Origin: Octopus sinensis
Taxonomy: Eukaryota
Assembly (NCBI RefSeq): GCF_006345805.1
Contig: NC_043004.1
Location: 103,726,001-103,790,000, forward strand
Direction of reading: 5' to 3'
Length of the DNA: 64,000 nucleotides
The translations under genes and the position numbers were made by a program. This document shows, one piece after another, positions 25,539-37,722 of the stretch. The notes under the pieces were generated by a model. It ran no database searches, was not told the origin of the DNA, and was given only the letters and a program-made list of their open reading frames with translations. The first letter of the stretch is position 1. Each line of letters begins with the position of its first letter.

Positions 25539-25592
<54 letters not shown>

Positions 25593-26062
25593 TTAAAATG
25601 AAGGCTACATTATGTCAGTGTCGAATCAGGGAGGTTAAACAGATGATGCCTAAACGGCTGTACCAAAATGTCTTGCATCCTCAACAGGAACCTTAACTAC
25701 ATCAATCTCGCCGCTCTTGAGGGACCCCGAGAAGGTTATAGAGACAGTTCTTTTCTCCAGCAGTTCCTCAGTAAACCCACTAGGGGATTGGGAACATCAC
25801 TGGTGCAATGTTTTCTTAACTTTTGTTACCCTGGCACCCCTCACCACTTCAAATCGAATCGAACTGTACCCTACATATTAAATGTTATGTAGTTGTATTC
25901 AAAGGCAAGTATAGTTTAATTTGATTCCCCAGCATACAATGAAATGAATTTTAGCACACTCAAGTCGAATTTGGAACCCGGACAATTGAGAGAGCTACCA
26001 ACGTGATAGGTACGGCAACTGAAACAGACTCAAGGTGGCTATGGATGATAATGTATTGTTTG

Positions 26063-26229
26063 TTCTTTCTCGAGCCATGCCTGGCTCATAAGGGCCGGTT
26101 TCCCGGTTTCCTTGGCGTATAGGTTCCCCACCTGGACGGGACGCCGGTCCGTCGCAGATGAGCTGCAAGATGCAGGAAGAAAGAGTGAGAGAAAGTTGTG
26201 GCGAAAGAGTCAGCAGAAGTTCGCCATTT
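26063..26229 (-). mobile_element. 3' fragment of a third SINE-like family
   Basis: The minus strand reads ...gcgacggaccggcgtcccgtccaggtggggaacctatacgcc...gaaaccggcccttatgagcc, a module typical of metazoan SINE central and 3' domains. The head is absent. Confidence 0.6.
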
Positions 26230-26344
26230 CTTCTATCACGTCGTTTAATTTTTCTACACCTTACCCTCTGAATAACCACAATTGTATTGTTTGTTTGTCC
26301 GTAAGAAATAGGACAGGTCAGCAGCTTTTAGTATTTAATTGATA

Positions 26345-27425
26345 AGACCGCGTGCGGAAAACCTTCCGCAGGTGAAGACTGGTTCAATCCTCACTGGCCC
26401 ACTCAGGCGAAGGGGCGAAACTTTTTGTAACCCTGAAATACCTACTGTCGATACAGAAAGGTTTTCAGCATTGCGATCGATTTAGAAGAGCTTGCAAAAC
26501 CTCTGAGTAGAACCTCACCTAAAACGATTTAACTTCGCGAAGTTACCTTCACAACCAAATCATGTCTACGGAAAGATACAGGTATATCAAGTTCCTTCGT
26601 TACAGGAGATTAGGCCGGACAGTTGTTGTGCTGATGGCGGTAAATGAGCCAGAAATAAGCCTGTCCTTTTACTTAATGGCATGTCAGTTATAGAGAGTGC
26701 TTGATTCTTGAGGTTACCTCTCATTCTCAAGTGGAGCTTAGTCTTAAATGCCATTTGGTAATTATGATATGTTTTTGCTTCTTAGGTGATGAAATATATT
26801 TAAGGCTTCAAAAGGTACCTGATTCCTTCAGGGCTCTTGAGTCTCGTGTTCGGTCCTAACATGGCATCTCTAGGCGAACAAAAGTTGCTATCTATCGTAC
26901 GTGTGTGATGACGTAATTTCTTTACTTATGTGTGACATGGACCCTTTACCGGCTTCATGCGATGGTACTTGAACGCTTCTATCAGACTTCAAAAATAGAG
27001 GTCTTGAAGGGAGCCGACGTCCTGAGCATTGAAGCGATGGCCACCGGTACAGTTTGTTTTGACCTGCACACTTTGTTCAGATGAACGACTAGAAGATCCT
27101 TAAGCAGGAAGTACGTAGCGAACTTGTTTGTGGAAAGCGCCTCCAACAGAAACCAAAACTACGTTTTGGGGATTGTGTACAGATTTTGTTGAAGGCATGT
27201 GGAATATGGGAGGTGAATTGGGAAAGTAATGCTTATCGTCACTACCAATGGAAGAAACAAGTAAGAGAAGAAGTGAGTATTTTTCGAAAAGACGCATTTT
27301 TCATGCAGAATTTAAGCGAACGGCTCCAAAACGCAAGTGTAGTGAATGGGAGAAAGTTGGTCTGCAATATTTGCGGACGTGTATGCTTATCAAGAGCTGA
27401 GCTCATGAGTCATCAGCAGATGTAA
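26345..27425 (+). mobile_element. Internally deleted RTE (BovB-like) LINE retaining 5' and 3' parts
   Basis: APE start remnant TLL..ERFSAL...EELAK..LS, an LRLPL motif, RT C-terminus TKVAIYRTCV..LY..TWTLYRLH..LERF, KPKLRF.DC, and the terminal C2H2-like LVCNICGRVCLSRAELMSHQQM. Confidence 0.82.
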
Positions 27426-27704
27426 AGTTTAAATTTGTCTGAGTGCACAGTACTCTTAATGGTCAGGGATGGTCCTTCCCGGTCACGAGAGGACAGCCAT
27501 CATATACATATACTTACAAACATGCATGCATATACATACATTCATACATACATCCATATATGCGCGTAGTGCGTGTGTATGTTTATTAAGAATCGGCAGA
27601 AGTTATAAAATAACTCATTGGCCGAGAGTTTCTTGCTTTGGCATTTATTAAACGAAAGTGTCGGCCCTTGAATCACTATGTTACTTCTGCCGATTATTAT
27701 TTAT

Positions 27705-28325
27705 TTATTTAGTACCCACAGGGGGCTAAACATAGAGGGGACAAACAAGGGATTAAGTCGATTATATCGACCCCAGTGCGTAACTGGTACTTATTTAATC
27801 GACCTCGAAAGGATGAAAGGCAAAGTCGACCTCGGCGGAATTTGAACTCAGAACGTAAAGACAGACAAAATACTGCGAAACATTTCGCCCGTCGTGCTAA
27901 CGTTTCTATATTGCCCACAAGGGGCTAAATATAGAGGGGACAAACAAGGATAGATAAAGGGATTAAGTCAATTATATCGACCCCACCCCACTCCCAGTAC
28001 GTAACTGGTACCTAATTGATCGACCCCGAAAGGATGGAAGGCAAAGTCGACCGCGGCGGAATTTGAACTCAGAACGTAAAGGCAGACGAAATACCTATTT
28101 CTTTACAACCCACAAGGGGCTAAACACAGAAGGGACAAACAAGGACAGACAAACGGATTAAGTCTATTAGATCGACCTCAGTGCGTAACTGGTACTTATT
28201 TAATCGACCTAGAAAGGATGAAAGGTAAAGTTGACCTCGGCGGAATTTGAACTCAGAACGTTGCGGCAGACGAAATACTGCTAAACATTTCGCCCGGCGT
28301 GCTAACGTTTCTGCCAGCTCGCTGA
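27705..28325 (-). mobile_element. SINE-B trimer
   Basis: One full unit plus two head-shortened units, with junctions at ~28094 and ~27907. Confidence 0.9.
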
Positions 28326-28358
28326 TTATTATTAAGAAAACATATACAGTAATCACTG

Positions 28359-28782
28359 TACTCTCTTTACTCTCTTTACTCTTTTACTTGTTTCAGTCAT
28401 TTGACTGCGGCCATGCTGGAGCACCGCCTTTAATCGAGCAACTCGACCCCGGGACTTATTCATTTGTAAGTCCAGTACTTATTCTATTGGTAACTTTTGC
28501 CGAACCGCTAAGTGACGGGGACGTAAACACACCAGCATCGGTTGTCAAGCAATGCTAGGGGGACAAACACAGACACACAAACATATACACACACACTTAT
28601 ATATATATACATATATACGACAGGCTTCTTTCAGTTTCCGTCTACCAAATCCACTCACAAGGCATTGGTCGGCCCGGGGCTATAGCAGAAGACACTTGCC
28701 CAAGATGTCACGCAGTGGGACTGAACCCGGAACCATGTGGTTGGTTAGCAAGCTACTTACCACACAGCCACTCCTGCGCCTA
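28359..28782 (-). mobile_element. SINE-A, full length
   Basis: All modules present. Confidence 0.93.
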
Positions 28783-29252
28783 TCTATTTATCCCTGAGTG
28801 TGTATACACGCACATATACACATATACATACATACATACATACATACATACATACATACATACATACATACATGCATGCATACATACATACATACATACA
28901 TACATACATACATACATACATGCATACATACATACATATATACATACATGCGTACATACATACATACATACATACATACATGCATGCATACATACATACA
29001 TACAAACATACATGCATACATACATACATACATACATACATACATACATACATACATACGTGTGTGTGTAATTATTTATATATTTTTATATAGAACTTCA
29101 TCATTCATACAATGTGAGATATTAATTCCTGTCTCGGTAGACTGGGTCCATGGACACTGCATAAAGTAGGTATAGTGTTCGAATCTTGGAGCCTACGTTC
29201 AGCCTACGAAAGCGAACATTCAAGCACACACACACACACGCACACACACACA

Positions 29253-29284
<32 letters not shown>

Positions 29285-29489
29285 TGCACACGCACATACA
29301 TACACACACCACTCACACAAGTTTCTGTCTTGTAGCTCTGGCTGTATTTGTTACTTGGCGTTCGACCAAACTTAATGAAGATGAATTTCTTGTCAAAACA
29401 TTATCTTCTGTTCACAAGTCTGTATTAATTAATCGAAATCTAGTTCCATTCATTGGAAACAAATATATCTACACACACACACACACATG

Positions 29490-29503
29490 AACATAGAGAT
29501 ATG

Positions 29504-29555
<52 letters not shown>

Positions 29556-29618
29556 GATAGATAGACAGACAGACAGACAGATAGACAGATAGGCAGACAG
29601 ACAGACAGATAGACAGAC

Positions 29619-29670
<52 letters not shown>

Positions 29671-29671
29671 T

Positions 29672-29729
<58 letters not shown>

Positions 29730-29977
29730 GAGATAGATAGATAGAGAGATAGATAGAGAGATAGAGAGATAGATACAGACAGACAGACAGACAGATAGAT
29801 ACAGACAGACAGACAGACAGATAGGCAGACAGACAGACAGATAGACAGATAGATAGATAGATACAGACAGACAGACAGACAGATAGACAGATAGATAGAC
29901 AGATAGGCAGACAGATAGATAGATACAGACAGACAGACAGATAGACAGATAGACAGATAGGCAGACAGACAAACAGC

Positions 29978-30047
<70 letters not shown>

Positions 30048-30050
30048 TAA
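29490..30050. repeat. (GATA)n/(GACA)n compound microsatellite
   Basis: Directly visible. Confidence 0.97.
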
Positions 30051-30660
30051 ATGTAGTGTGTGTTGGGCACGATGGGAACAACAGCCAAGAGGAAAAGCTT
30101 TTCACATATATAAAGCGCAGGCATCGTTGTGTGGTAAAGAAGCTTATTCCCCAACCCCATGGATCTGGGATTAGTACCACTGCACGGCACCTTCTACTGT
30201 AGCCTCGATCCGACCGAAGCTTTGTGAATGGATTTGTTAGACGGAAACTGAAAGAAGCCCGTCGTATACATATATATATATACAACCTATATGCTGAAAA
30301 TAGGCGCTGAATCGTCTCACCACTTCAAAAATCACAAAGTTACATACGTGTAAACACAAAGCCATGAGTATATATATAAATGCCCCAGATATCTCTAACA
30401 AGAAATTCCGTGGCTTACCGCAGCACATAACCGGATATGCTGTCCCGAAGTGAATAGAAATTTTTCAATTATAATAATAAAGGACAAAATTTAAAAAAAA
30501 ATTTTATCAGTGGTCAGCATATAAAAAAAATAGACCGATTAAGGTGAAATTGGTCTACTGAGGTAAGCCGCGGAATTTGTTGCTGGAGGTATCTGGGGTA
30601 TTTATATGTATATATGGCTTCGCGTTTGCTCTTTTGTGGGTGTGTATAAATATCTTATTT

Positions 30661-31283
30661 GTTTACTGTTGCAGAAAGAGTATGGTGAGGAGTAAATGTG
30701 TCGTACACAAGTGTACGAGTAGTTCAGACGTTTCGAAGATGGCCGAAAAAATTTCGATATTGACGAACGTTCTGGGAGACCCGCAACCAGCAGAACTGAG
30801 CGCAGATGTGCTTGCAGCTGTGAAGTGAAATCGTTGAATCACCATCCTTAAGTTGTCACAGTATGTGCAGATTAGTTACGGTTCAGTTCAGTCCATTAAC
30901 ACTGAAGATTTGGATGAAACGCGTGTCTGCCAAGTTTATGCGAAAACTGCTTTCAGTTCACCAAACAAGATCTTGATTGTGTCAAGAACGATGAAAACTT
31001 TTCGAAAACTTTGCGTAGGCCTGTTAGCAGGTATCGCCAGGTTTTTGGCAAAATTTGATGCATATCTTTTGCTCAGCTTTCTCTGTCATGGTCAATGCGA
31101 CGATCACACGCTACACACCTTCCTTCCAAGCACTACATTAACTAGTGGAAGTTATCTATAACGTTAAAACTTAGAGCACATGCACAACAGAGTTCAAAAT
31201 CAATCTATGCCAAGCGGCTTCATGCTGCGTGCTTTAGCCTCGTTACTACGGCAACAGTCCGGATACTTATTGATCAGACCACG
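30661..31283. mobile_element. Mariner remnant with an inverted internal segment
   Basis: Minus strand 31283-31009 has a TIR (cgtggtctgatcaataagtatccgg) and MTEKAEQKICIKFCQK...AYAK. Plus strand 30661-31008 continues LQKEYGEE...FEDGRKNFDIDERSGRPATSR...RVSAKF. Confidence 0.75.
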
Positions 31284-31286
31284 TAC

Positions 31287-31353
<67 letters not shown>

Positions 31354-31600
31354 GCCTGTATATATATATTTATGTGTGCATGTCGTTGTTGTCCTCCCAT
31401 CATCACTTGACAGCCGATGTAGGTGTGTTTACTTCCCCGTAATTTAGCAGTTTGGCAAAGAGACTGATAGGATAAGTACTGGGCTTATAAAGAATAAGTC
31501 CTGGGGTCGAATTCTTCGACTAAAACCCTTTAATGCGGTGGTCTAGCATGGTCGCAGTCAAATGACTAAAATAATAAAAGAGTAAAAGAACGTATGTATA

Positions 31601-31668
<68 letters not shown>

Positions 31669-32559
31669 ATATATAAGTACAAATAAATGGAACATATGGG
31701 AAATACACACATAAAATATCGTTAAATCGTCATCAGTGATCGTCCAAAGGATCATAACAACTTCACGCCTTTAACGATAATATTGTTCTCTTTCGGTGGC
31801 GTCAGCGGTGAGAAACCACTGGGAAATATACATTATACTAAGGGAGAAAGATGAAAGGGCCAAAGATGAAAGGGAGAAAGATGAAAACAAACAGGACAGA
31901 ATGTGAACACACAAACAAAATGAAAGACAAACAGAATAAGGCCTTACGACTCAAACACGAGCCGAGTATATGGGTAACGCCAGGAAACGTCCAGTCTTTT
32001 ATCTCCCTTTTGCTCCCGTCTCTCTCTTCTTTTCTTTCTCTAACACTTTCCTTCGTGTTACTATTTGACTCTCTTTTGCCTTCCTCCCTCTCTCGTCTCC
32101 ACTCTTCGTTGCTCTCTGTCCCTCTCTGCTCTCTACCTCTTTTCTCCCGTCGCCCACTGTCACGTGACCCGTGGTCATCATCACCTCTCTCTCCATTTTC
32201 TTTCTATGCCTGATCGCCAAGGTGACCAGTCGTTTTTCTTTTGTCCCCCACTTTCAACACGGTTTGTGGTCTCTCAATGCTGTCCCTTTCGTCTCTTTAA
32301 CTTGTTTCAGTCATTGGACTGTAACCATGTACTAGTGCCCTGCCTTGAAGGGTTTAGTCGAATAAATCGATCCCAATACTTATTTTAAAAAACCTGGCGC
32401 ATATTCTATCGCTCTGTTTTGCCGAAATGCCAAGTTACGGAGACGCAAACAAACCAACACCATTTCAGTAAAACTAATCTAGTAAAAACCAAATGTATTT
32501 TAATAAAAGTTTGCGCATGCGTTCGCGATAAGCTTTTTCATTAGACTATTCTATGAATC

Positions 32560-32950
32560 CGCCTCCAGTTTCCATAACTACTTCACTGCGGGACTAGAAA
32601 CGTTTACATGCTTGCACGAAATAGCCATTATTCATTTTCGGACATCAGCTGGATAATGGAGGTTTTCATTGAAGCTATGATATTGTAAGGATGTTGATTA
32701 GTTTCCCTTTCAATAACTCTCCAAGTGTAGAAGTTCATACGGATTTAAATCTGGTAAGTTTGAAGGTCACAAGTTTGGTGTTACATGACAATAGAGATTG
32801 TCTGATATTCCTTTTTGGGGATACGAGAGCTTTGTGAGAAGGTACTGAATCTTGATGAAATACGTAAAGCCTTCCACTGCATATTTCATCTATCCGGAGC
32901 CTAACAACTATCTCTAGAAAAAGGAAATAAATATACATTATACTTTATGC
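32560..32950 (-). mobile_element. Tc1/mariner (DD37D-like) transposase fragment
   Basis: YVFHQDSVPSHKA (compare QQDSAPSHKA), followed by a decayed region at the expected WPPNSPDLNP position. Confidence 0.65.
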
Positions 32951-33019
32951 GCAGGCTATGTGTGAAGACAGAATAAAGTGGCTTTTGTTAGCTTATAATA
33001 GAATCGATAATCACTTGGT

Positions 33020-34245
33020 ACACTAAAACCCTGCCCTCACCGCTCCAACACCGTCCTCCTCACCGGCACCCATCATCGACCCTATCATATCACCGACCCC
33101 TTCACCCGCACTTCTACCAATGTCATCTACTGCATCTCCTGCTCTCTCTGCCCTTCTCTATACACCGGACAAACGGGACGCTGCTTGGCTGACCAGTTCG
33201 CGGAACACCTCCTAGACATCCAACTCGGTTATGACACCTTGGTCTCGCGCTATTTCCGCTCTACCGGTGACTCTTTGCACCATCTATCTGTGTTCGGATT
33301 GTCCTTGCATAGGAGCCATCCTGACTCCCGTTTGTGCCGTGAATAGGGATTAATCTTCTCTCTTCGCACCTTTGCACCACATGGGCTCAACACTCCTCCC
33401 CTCTTCATCTAACCTCCTCCCTTCTCCTCTCTCCCTCTTACACCTACTTCCTCCCACCCACCTCTCCTCTCTTGCTCCGACTCCAACTTCTCTCTACTCC
33501 TACTCTCTTTCTCTCTTCTCTTCACTTCTACCCACTTTCTCCCTTCCCCCTCTCCCTCCATCGTCACTCCTCCCTCGTAACTCCACCCTACACAATCCAA
33601 CCCCGCCTTCTCTATCCATCCCATCCCATCCCATTTCACCCCATCCCTTACACCCACTCCCCACCTCTACCCCAACCCGCAGCCTACCCACATGCCCCAC
33701 CTCTACCCCACTCTCAACCTAACCCACATCCCACCCTTGCTTTCCCCAGTCGCCTCCCCCACCATCCAACATCATCACACCACACCACACACCACTACAT
33801 CATACACCACCATACCACACAACACCACACCACATCACATCACACCACCACGCACACACTAGCACTGATCACTGCCCTGCCCCACATCCACACACCTACA
33901 CATACACACATACACACGTCAAGGTCACCAGCCCTCTTCCACACGCACATACATGCTCTCTTATACACACGCACGGGCACCTACGTTTTGGGATCACCAC
34001 TACTTTATTATCTCCACTTCTTCCTAGCTCTCTTGTGTGACCCCACTGTCCGGCATTCGCCATGATAGATCGCTAGCCACTACACATTCTTTTTTTTCTC
34101 TCCTTGTTTCTTTCTGTGTTCCTTTCTGTGGAAGAGTGTAGGCTCAAAACGTTAAAGACTTTTTCACTTCCCGAGCGTTAAACATCTGTTTGTTGTCTAC
34201 ACCACCTGTGTTCGTATTTTGTTTTTTTGTGAATTCTCCCCCGCC
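33020..34245 (+). mobile_element. Penelope-like element 3' part (GIY-YIG remnant, low-complexity tail, terminal repeat)
   Basis: NVIYCISC..C..LYTGQTGRCLADQFAEHL.DI...VSRYFRSTG...GLIFSLRTFAPHGLN. The terminal module is shared with 52300-52440. Confidence 0.85.
34122..34157 (+). ncRNA. Hammerhead-ribozyme-like motif (degenerate variant) in PLE terminal repeat
   Basis: cttt-CTGTGGAA-GAGT gtag GCTC-AAAA-CG-T-T-aaag follows a stem I / core / stem II / GAAA / palindromic ACGT layout. Core positions are mutated. Confidence 0.4.
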
Positions 34246-34259
34246 CCACATATATATAT

Positions 34260-34560
34260 ATAAATCCAAAAAATTGAACAAGAACGCAACAGACGGCAAT
34301 AAAATATCGGACAGCTAGACGATGTGAAGATAGAAAGGAAAACCAAGGACAAATCATTTGCAAGTTCCTCTCATCAGTCAAGTAACCAAATTATCCTTGA
34401 AGTTTCGGGCAGTTACACTTGAGACTGTTCAAATCTGGCTGCCCCCAAAAATGTAAGCTAAGAGCATTAAATTTTTTGGGAGAAAGCAAGCGAAAGTGTA
34501 CGACAACAAACGGAGAACAAGTTACACAATAACAAATACAAAGAAGAATATAACAACAGG
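34260..34560 (-). mobile_element. PLE-type terminal-repeat fragment, inverted relative to the adjacent PLE
   Basis: Homologous to the foldback element at 12469-12890. Contains CTGATGA on the minus strand (34377-34371). Confidence 0.6.
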
Positions 34561-34839
34561 TGTCTTTCGAATTATAAAGACTTATCAAGTTGAGCTGCCG
34601 TGTATAGAGTGAAAGCCTTGAGGTAGGAGCATAAAAGATGAACGTCAAGGGACAGGAATATCAAACATGCTTCGCAGCTGGCACTCAAGCCAAGAAAGAA
34701 AGATCATGCCTGGCCGAACACCGGTCACGTGAAAGGAAAAGAGAGAGGTAGGAGGCAGAGGGATTGAAGGATTAGGGGAAGAGCATGAAAGAGAGGAAAT
34801 CAAAGGGACATAGAAAAAGGTACAAGGGAGATAAACGCG

Positions 34840-37722
34840 GAGTATCTCACAGAAATATGTACACCCCTAAAAATTTTTGGTAAAATTGCCCGAAGGAAAT
34901 CAAACGAAATTTAGACTGAATAAAATATATTATACATGAAAACATTATACACATTTGGAACACAAAACAATAAACATTTTCAAAGATATGAACGAATTAT
35001 TCATTTTCAAACATTACAAAAATATGTACACCCTAAAGGAAATTTGCCATATTCAATATTTTATCCACTTTTTTTCCTAAATTCAGATATTGCTGATAAT
35101 TTCAATCCTAATAAATAATTTCTTCTGGCATTTTTGCACCATCTGCAGGAATTCTGATTTGTGTCCCATGGTGAAAATCTTCATTGTGATTAAAATGGTA
35201 CCAAAAGGAAAAGAATTGTCTGAAGATTTGAAGAAAATTATTTTAATAATTGAAGAAAGTTTTTTTTAATTTATACAAAAATGGTACAGGTTAATTAGCA
35301 AACGAATACATATTGGAATAAACACAGTTGCCAAAGTGAATCCAGAAGTCCAAAGCTACTGGACGGCTCAGCAATAAACATCGTCCAGGTCGTCCTTCTA
35401 GTTTAACTGCGCTTGATATTCGCCACACCCAACGTTGTGTGATGGATGATAGGCATCGTACCGCTTCATCTTGGGCCCAAGAAGTGTATCTGCCCAAACA
35501 GTTCGTCGAAGTTTGAACCAGTAGGAAGCCTCTCCTTACTACCAGGTATAAATCAAGTCGTCTTTCTTTTGTCGAAACCTAAAGAGGAGTTTTGGAATAA
35601 AAAATTATTTTACTGACGATACTAAAATCAATTTGTTTGAGTGAGATGGTATTAAAACGAGTATGGCAACGACCAGGTGACGGTAATAGCGACAAATGCA
35701 CCGTGCCTACCGTGCCTACCGTGCCTACTGTGAAACACGGTGGCAGAAGTGTTATGCTTTGGTGGTGCATGAGTGTGGCTGGTGCGGTAGGACTCACATT
35801 TATTGAGAGAACAATGGATTCAAGGCTTTATTGTGACTTATTGCAGAAAACAATGTTGAAAAGCATCAAGGAACTCGGAAGACATTCTACGTTCCAACGT
35901 GATAATGACCTTAAACACACTTCAAAGATTACGAGTAAGTTTTTATCAGATAAAAAGATAAAAGTATTGGCTTGGTCTATCATATCACCTGATTTAAACC
36001 CAATAGAACATCTGTAGGATGTTTTGAAAAGGAAGGTTGGGGAGAAACCCCCCCCCCACCGCAATGTAACGCAGTTGAAAGACATCATTCAGGATGAATG
36101 GAGGTCGATTTCATCGATTATATGCAGAAATTTAGTCGACCCTAAGTCCAGAAGACTTCACGCAGTCATTGAAAGCAAGGGCAGCCACACTAAATATTGA
36201 ATATAGCAAATAATCCTTTGGAGTGCACATATTTTTGTGACGTTTGAAAATTAACATTTCGTTCATATCTTTGAAAATGTTTATTGTTTTGTGTTCTACA
36301 TTTGTATGTTTGCATGTATAATATATTAGGTTGGCAACTAAGTTCCCGCCGTTTTTTTTAATTAAAATTTTTTAAAAGCTTTAATAAAAAATAACAACTA
36401 ATTAATCAATAATGCATTAACTCTTGTTGTTTACAACTTCTTCCCAACGTTCAACAAGATTTTCAATACCTCGTTGGTAGAAATTACCCGATTTCGACTC
36501 GAAAACTTGATCCAACCAAGCTCTCAATTCCGCATCAGTATTAAACGAAACTCCGCGCATAGCATTTAAAAGAGATCGAAAGAGGTGGAAATCCGTTGGT
36601 GCCAAATCAGGAGAGAACGACGGGTGTGGCAGCACTTCCCAGCCATGCGTTTGAATGGCTTCCTTGGTCATATTGGCGATATGAGGGCGGGCGTTGTCGT
36701 GCTGCAGAACTCCATGCTGACGATTAGGTCTTTTCTCTTGAATAACCGTGCTGAGTCGTTCCATCTGTTGAACATAGAGTTCTGCGTTGACCGTTTGGTT
36801 CCGTTCAAGCAATTTGTAATGGATAATCCCTTCCCAGTCCTACCATACGCACAACATCGTTTTACGCGGATGAAGATCTTGTTTCACGCGCGGTGTCGCT
36901 TGTTTACCGGGGCTAAGCCATTCCTTACGCTGCTTCATATTGATGTACAGACACTATTTTTCGTAGCTAGTAACGATTCAATAAAGAAACCGTTGCTTGT
37001 GTCCATGAGTTGAGCGGTGACGGACAAGCAAACCAGAGGAGATTGTGGCTCGTTGATTTTTGTTGTTGTCACTTAAAGCATGCGGAACCCATGCTTCATA
37101 CTTCTGAACCTTTCCCATCGAGTGAAGATGCTTCTCTATAGCAGTGTGGGAACATTCCATTTTCTCTGCAAGTTCCCTTGTCGTTTGACGAGAATTTTCG
37201 TGCAAAAGTTGGTTTAATCACTTTCATCGGACGGCCAGAACGAGATGCGTCTTTGAGGTCAAAATTTCCATTTTTTAACTTGACATACCAATCACGAGCG
37301 GTTCTTTCAGCTATGGTATCCTCTCCATACACAGCACAAATGTCGCGAGCAGCTTTTGCAGCCTTAGAACTTTGATTAAAAGCAAAAAGAAGGAGGTGTC
37401 GAAAATGCTCGTTTTTTCTTAACTTGACATTCCATTTTAATGATCTGAAAATAAACAAAAATTAACTAAAATTAACTAGAATAAAAAAAACAAAAAACAA
37501 AATATATTCCAAAATGATTCAAAACTAGAATTCTCGAAAAAAATATATTCCAAAACTTAAAAATGTGATTAATTCCAAAATTTAAAAAAAAACGGCTGGA
37601 ACTTAGTTACCAACCCAATATTTTATTCAGTATAAATTTCGCTTGATTTCCTTCAATATTATCAGAATAATAGCAATGTTACTGAAATTTTTTAGGGATG
37701 GACATACTTCTGTGGGATACTG
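34840..37722 (+). mobile_element. Tc1 (DD34E) transposon with ~210-bp IR/DR-type TIRs, inactivated; right TIR interrupted by a mariner
   Basis: Start MVPKGKELSEDLKK (35195), then FTDDTKINLF, VKHGGRSVMLW and QRDND...SPDLNPIE (34 spacing counted). Outer and inner direct repeats caca(g/a)aaatatgtacacc. The right TIR is split into 36210-36325 and 37619-37722 and is followed by TA. Confidence 0.92.
36326..37618 (-). mobile_element. Full-length mariner (DD34D) transposon, frameshifted transposase (~37435-36417)
   Basis: TIRs tt(a/g)ggttgg(c/t)aactaagttcc(c/a)gccgtt and TA duplicated at 36324-25 and 37619-20. Motifs WVPHALS and HDNARPH...FSPDLAPTDFHLF (34 spacing counted). Confidence 0.94.

Noticed and set aside
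35700-35730. TVP x3 repeat in the Tc1 transposase as a functional feature
   Set aside because: It is a 9-bp slippage triplication in an already inactivated copy.
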